This document shows positions 62,268 to 64,000 of a stretch of 64,000 nt of DNA, in pieces. The notes beneath the pieces were generated by a model that worked only from the letters and a program-made list of their open reading frames with translations, was not told the origin of the DNA and ran no database searches. Every line of letters starts with the position of its first letter. Positions within the stretch are counted from its first letter, which is position 1. The position numbers and the translations under genes were made by a program. The stretch comes from Candidatus Limnocylindria bacterium (GTDB lineage: Bacteria; Chloroflexota; Limnocylindria; Limnocylindrales; CSP1-4): assembly GCA_035525825.1 (NCBI GenBank), contig DATLDP010000065.1:4885-68884 (forward strand), in the 5' to 3' direction.

Positions 62268-62500
62268 GTTGGTCCACCCATGGCGCATCTGACCGGCGGT
62301 CAGCCCGAATCGGCCGGCCTGGCGTCTCCTACTGGTGGATTGGTCCGCTGGCGGCGCATACGACCGGCGGCGACGGCGTTTCGGACCCCTTGGCGCTTTT
62401 CGCCGGTCGATTGGTCCGCCGACGACGCATCTGACCGGCGGCGACCTCGAATGGGCCGAGCCGTGACAGCTCGCCGGTTGATTGATCCATGGGCGGCGCA
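62268..62500. repeat. Degenerate ~71-bp tandem repeat (3 full units plus one partial) in the tig upstream region
   Basis: Units start near 62268, 62338, 62409 and 62480. Each has the core (GA)TTGGTCC-N7-9-GCGCAT(C/A)(T/C)GACCGGCGG: ttggtccacccatggcgcatctgaccggcgg, gattggtccgctggcggcgcatacgaccggcgg and gattggtccgccgacgacgcatctgaccggcgg. The fourth copy, gattgatccatgggcggcgcacc, is decayed. Confidence 0.65.
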
Positions 62501-62553
62501 CCGCGAGGTCCGCGACGGCCGCCTCGCGCGCGGCGCGCCGCTGGCGCGACGGG

Positions 62554-63108
62554 TCAGTCCGGGACGGCCTCATCGTCGTCGGCGTCCGCGTCAGCGCCAG
62601 CCTTGTCCTTGCCCGACTTGTCCTTGCACTGGCCCGGCGGGAAGCAGTCGCCGAACTTGGCCTTCATGCGATCGGCCTTCTCCTGCGACCAGCCAGGGTG
62701 GCGCTCCCCAACCTGCTTCCAGCCACCCGCCCAGGGCGGCTTACCGGCCTCGCGCAGCGCCGTACCGTCGATCGAGATGACGTCCACGTCAGTGGAGCCT
62801 TCCGCGATCTCGCCCTCGACCTTCACGGACTTGCCGACGAAGGGCTTGAGGGGATAGGCGTCACCGAAGAACCAGGTCGGCCCGGCCTCGAGCGTGTAGG
62901 TCGTCCCGCCGTCCGCGAGCGTGTAGGTCGCCTTGCCGTCAGCATCGGTCGCCGACTCGATCGTCCCGTTCAGGGTGATCGGCGCCTTCGCGGGCTTGTC
63001 CTTGGCCTGGCCCGGTGGCGACGACGGCTTCGCGGCGAGCACCGGCACCGCGACGACGATCGCGAGCACGGCGAGCGCGATGATCAGGACGAGGGGGCGA
63101 CGCTTCAT
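62554..63108 (-). CDS. Secreted hypothetical protein with Lys/Asp-rich tail
   Basis: ATG63108 gives MKRRPLVLIIALAVLAIVVAVPVLAA (signal peptide). A beta-rich core follows (ITLNGTIESATDADGKATYTLADGGTTYTLEAGPTWFFGD...VKVEGEI), then WAGGWKQVGERHPGW and a charged tail. No family recognised. Confidence 0.55.
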   Translation of the reverse strand: MKRRPLVLIIALAVLAIVVAVPVLAAKPSSPPGQAKDKPAKAPITLNGTIESATDADGKATYTLADGGTTYTLEAGPTWFFGDAYPLKPFVGKSVKVEGEIAEGSTDVDVISIDGTALREAGKPPWAGGWKQVGERHPGWSQEKADRMKAKFGDCFPPGQCKDKSGKDKAGADADADDDEAVPD

Positions 63109-63183
63109 CTCGCGCAATCTACTCCGCTTTCGCAGCGGACGACATTGCATTCCCGGCGCCCGGTGCCGGCACGCACCGCGGGC

Positions 63184-63271
63184 TGGTGGGCAAGGAGGGG
63201 GTCGAACCCTCACGCCCCTCACGGGGCACCGGCTCCTAAGGCCGGCGCGTCTGCCATTCCGCCACTCGCCC
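63184..63271 (-). tRNA. tRNA-Leu (anticodon TAG), class II with long variable arm, CCA encoded
   Basis: The reverse complement is GGGCGAG TG GCGG AATGGCAGAC GC GCCGG(C) CTTAGGA GCCGG TGCCCCGTGAGGGGCGT GAGGG TTCGACC CCCTC CTTGCCC A CCA. The anticodon loop is CT-TAG-GA. A TATCCT -10-like box lies 7 nt upstream. Confidence 0.9.
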
Positions 63272-63315
63272 GGACGCGAGGATAGCCCCGGGAGCGCCGA
63301 CGACCCGCGAGCGAC

Positions 63316-64000
63316 CTACTGCCAGCGGAAGAAGCGGGCGGAGATCGCGAGGGTCACCACGAGCCAGCCGCCGAGCACGAGCGCATCGATCGGGAGTGGC
63401 TGGAATGGCGCCCCCCCGACCATCGTCTGGCGCAGCGCGTCGCCAAGGTAGGTCAGCGGCATGAACGTGGCGACACCACGGAGCCACTCGGGCATGACCT
63501 CGAGCGGGAAGAAGATGCCTGAGAGGAACATCAGCGGGAACTGGACGATGCTCGTCATGCCGTTCGCGGCCTCCTCGGTCTTCGCGAACGAGGCGATGAC
63601 ATAGCCGATCGAGGTGAAGGTCAACGCCCCGAGCGCCACGAATCCGATGATGAGCGGCCAGTTCCCCGTGATCTCCACCCCGAGCACGGCGACACCGATC
63701 CCGAGGATCAGGGCCGTCTGGGTCGCGGCGATGATCAGGCGGACGACGACGTTCGAGCCGACCAGGGCCCAGCGCGGCAGCGGCGTCGCGTTGAGCCGCT
63801 TGAGGATGCCCTTCTCGCGCTGCTGGACCAGCGGGATGGAGGCGAAGACGCCGAGCTGCATCAGGGCCATGCCCAGGATGCTCGGCACGAAGAAGGAGAC
63901 GCTGTTCAGGCGAGCCGTCTGGAGGGTCTCCGGCGCCACGGTGAGCAGGGGCTGCGCGCCCGAGAGCGCGAGGTTCGCCGACATCACGAGGCCCGTCGCG
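63316..64000 (-). CDS. ABC-2-type transporter permease (5' end probably beyond the right edge)
   Basis: It is polytopic, with SFFVPSILGMALMQLGVF, KGILKRLNATPLPRWALVGS and TFMPLTYLGDALR. The frame is still open (…ATGL-VMSAN…) at position 64000. Confidence 0.75.
   Translation of the reverse strand, partial: ATGLVMSANLALSGAQPLLTVAPETLQTARLNSVSFFVPSILGMALMQLGVFASIPLVQQREKGILKRLNATPLPRWALVGSNVVVRLIIAATQTALILGIGVAVLGVEITGNWPLIIGFVALGALTFTSIGYVIASFAKTEEAANGMTSIVQFPLMFLSGIFFPLEVMPEWLRGVATFMPLTYLGDALRQTMVGGAPFQPLPIDALVLGGWLVVTLAISARFFRWQ

Noticed and set aside
531-63271. I searched for integrases, transposases, direct repeats of tRNA 3' ends, or prophage genes next to tRNA-Met (531-605) and tRNA-Leu (63184-63271). 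I also considered the excisionase-type HTH at 43998-44240 as a sign of a mobile element.
   Set aside because: No integrase or transposase-like ORF and no duplicated tRNA fragment were seen. The HTH protein looks like a BldC-type regulator embedded among housekeeping genes, and GC content looks uniform by eye.

Overview
This is a high-GC (roughly 70%) bacterial chromosomal segment. Its gene content looks Actinomycetota-like: an FhaA/FhaB-RodA-PbpA wall cluster, several TANNNT -10 boxes 6-9 nt from start codons, and many 1-8 nt start/stop overlaps. It holds about 60 tightly packed genes. I saw no rRNA, CRISPR array, transposase or integrase. From left to right the window contains:
- a probable FtsH 5' end, tRNA-Met, a beta-carbonic anhydrase, an NfeD-flotillin pair and an FtsB/DivIC-like protein;
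- an MrfA/MrfB-like helicase-exonuclease pair, a PfkB kinase, a small acidic protein, YchF, a 2-hydroxyacid dehydrogenase, a DUF2342 metalloprotease-like protein and MurI;
- a REC-ParA/CpaE-like ATPase, a methyltransferase, an agmatinase-family enzyme, a small membrane protein and a HAD hydrolase;
- a UvrD-type helicase fused to a Cas4/AddB-like nuclease, DUF4446, two small proteins, RarA, a tandem-PAS protein and a cadherin-like surface protein;
- a class-V aminotransferase, SerA and a histidine phosphatase;
- one long minus-strand array: FhaA, FhaB, RodA, PbpA, a small TM protein, MoxR, DUF58 and a transglutaminase;
- a zinc-ribbon protein with an Ala/Glu/Arg repeat of about 350 aa, YihY, a BldC-like HTH protein, FmdB and a zinc-ribbon hypothetical;
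- a GH13 glucosidase, LacI and a sugar ABC transporter, then a decayed alpha/beta-hydrolase pseudogene;
- ValS behind a valine T-box leader, an HSL-type esterase, a sortase-like lipoprotein with a surface protein, ClpX-ClpP-Tig, a secreted protein, tRNA-Leu and an ABC-2 permease.

Many of the longest ORFs in the six-frame track are GC-driven shadow frames, and true starts are often internal to the listed ORFs. The items most worth follow-up are:
- the double zinc-ribbon / Ala-Glu-Arg repeat protein facing fhaA;
- the sortase-fold protein with Ser in place of the catalytic Cys, and its non-LPXTG neighbour;
- the wall cluster that lacks pstP/pknAB and runs directly into MoxR-DUF58-transglutaminase;
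- an unexplained 71-bp tandem repeat upstream of tig;
- the valS T-box.

Everything here rests on reading the sequence and the ORF translations by eye. No database search was run.
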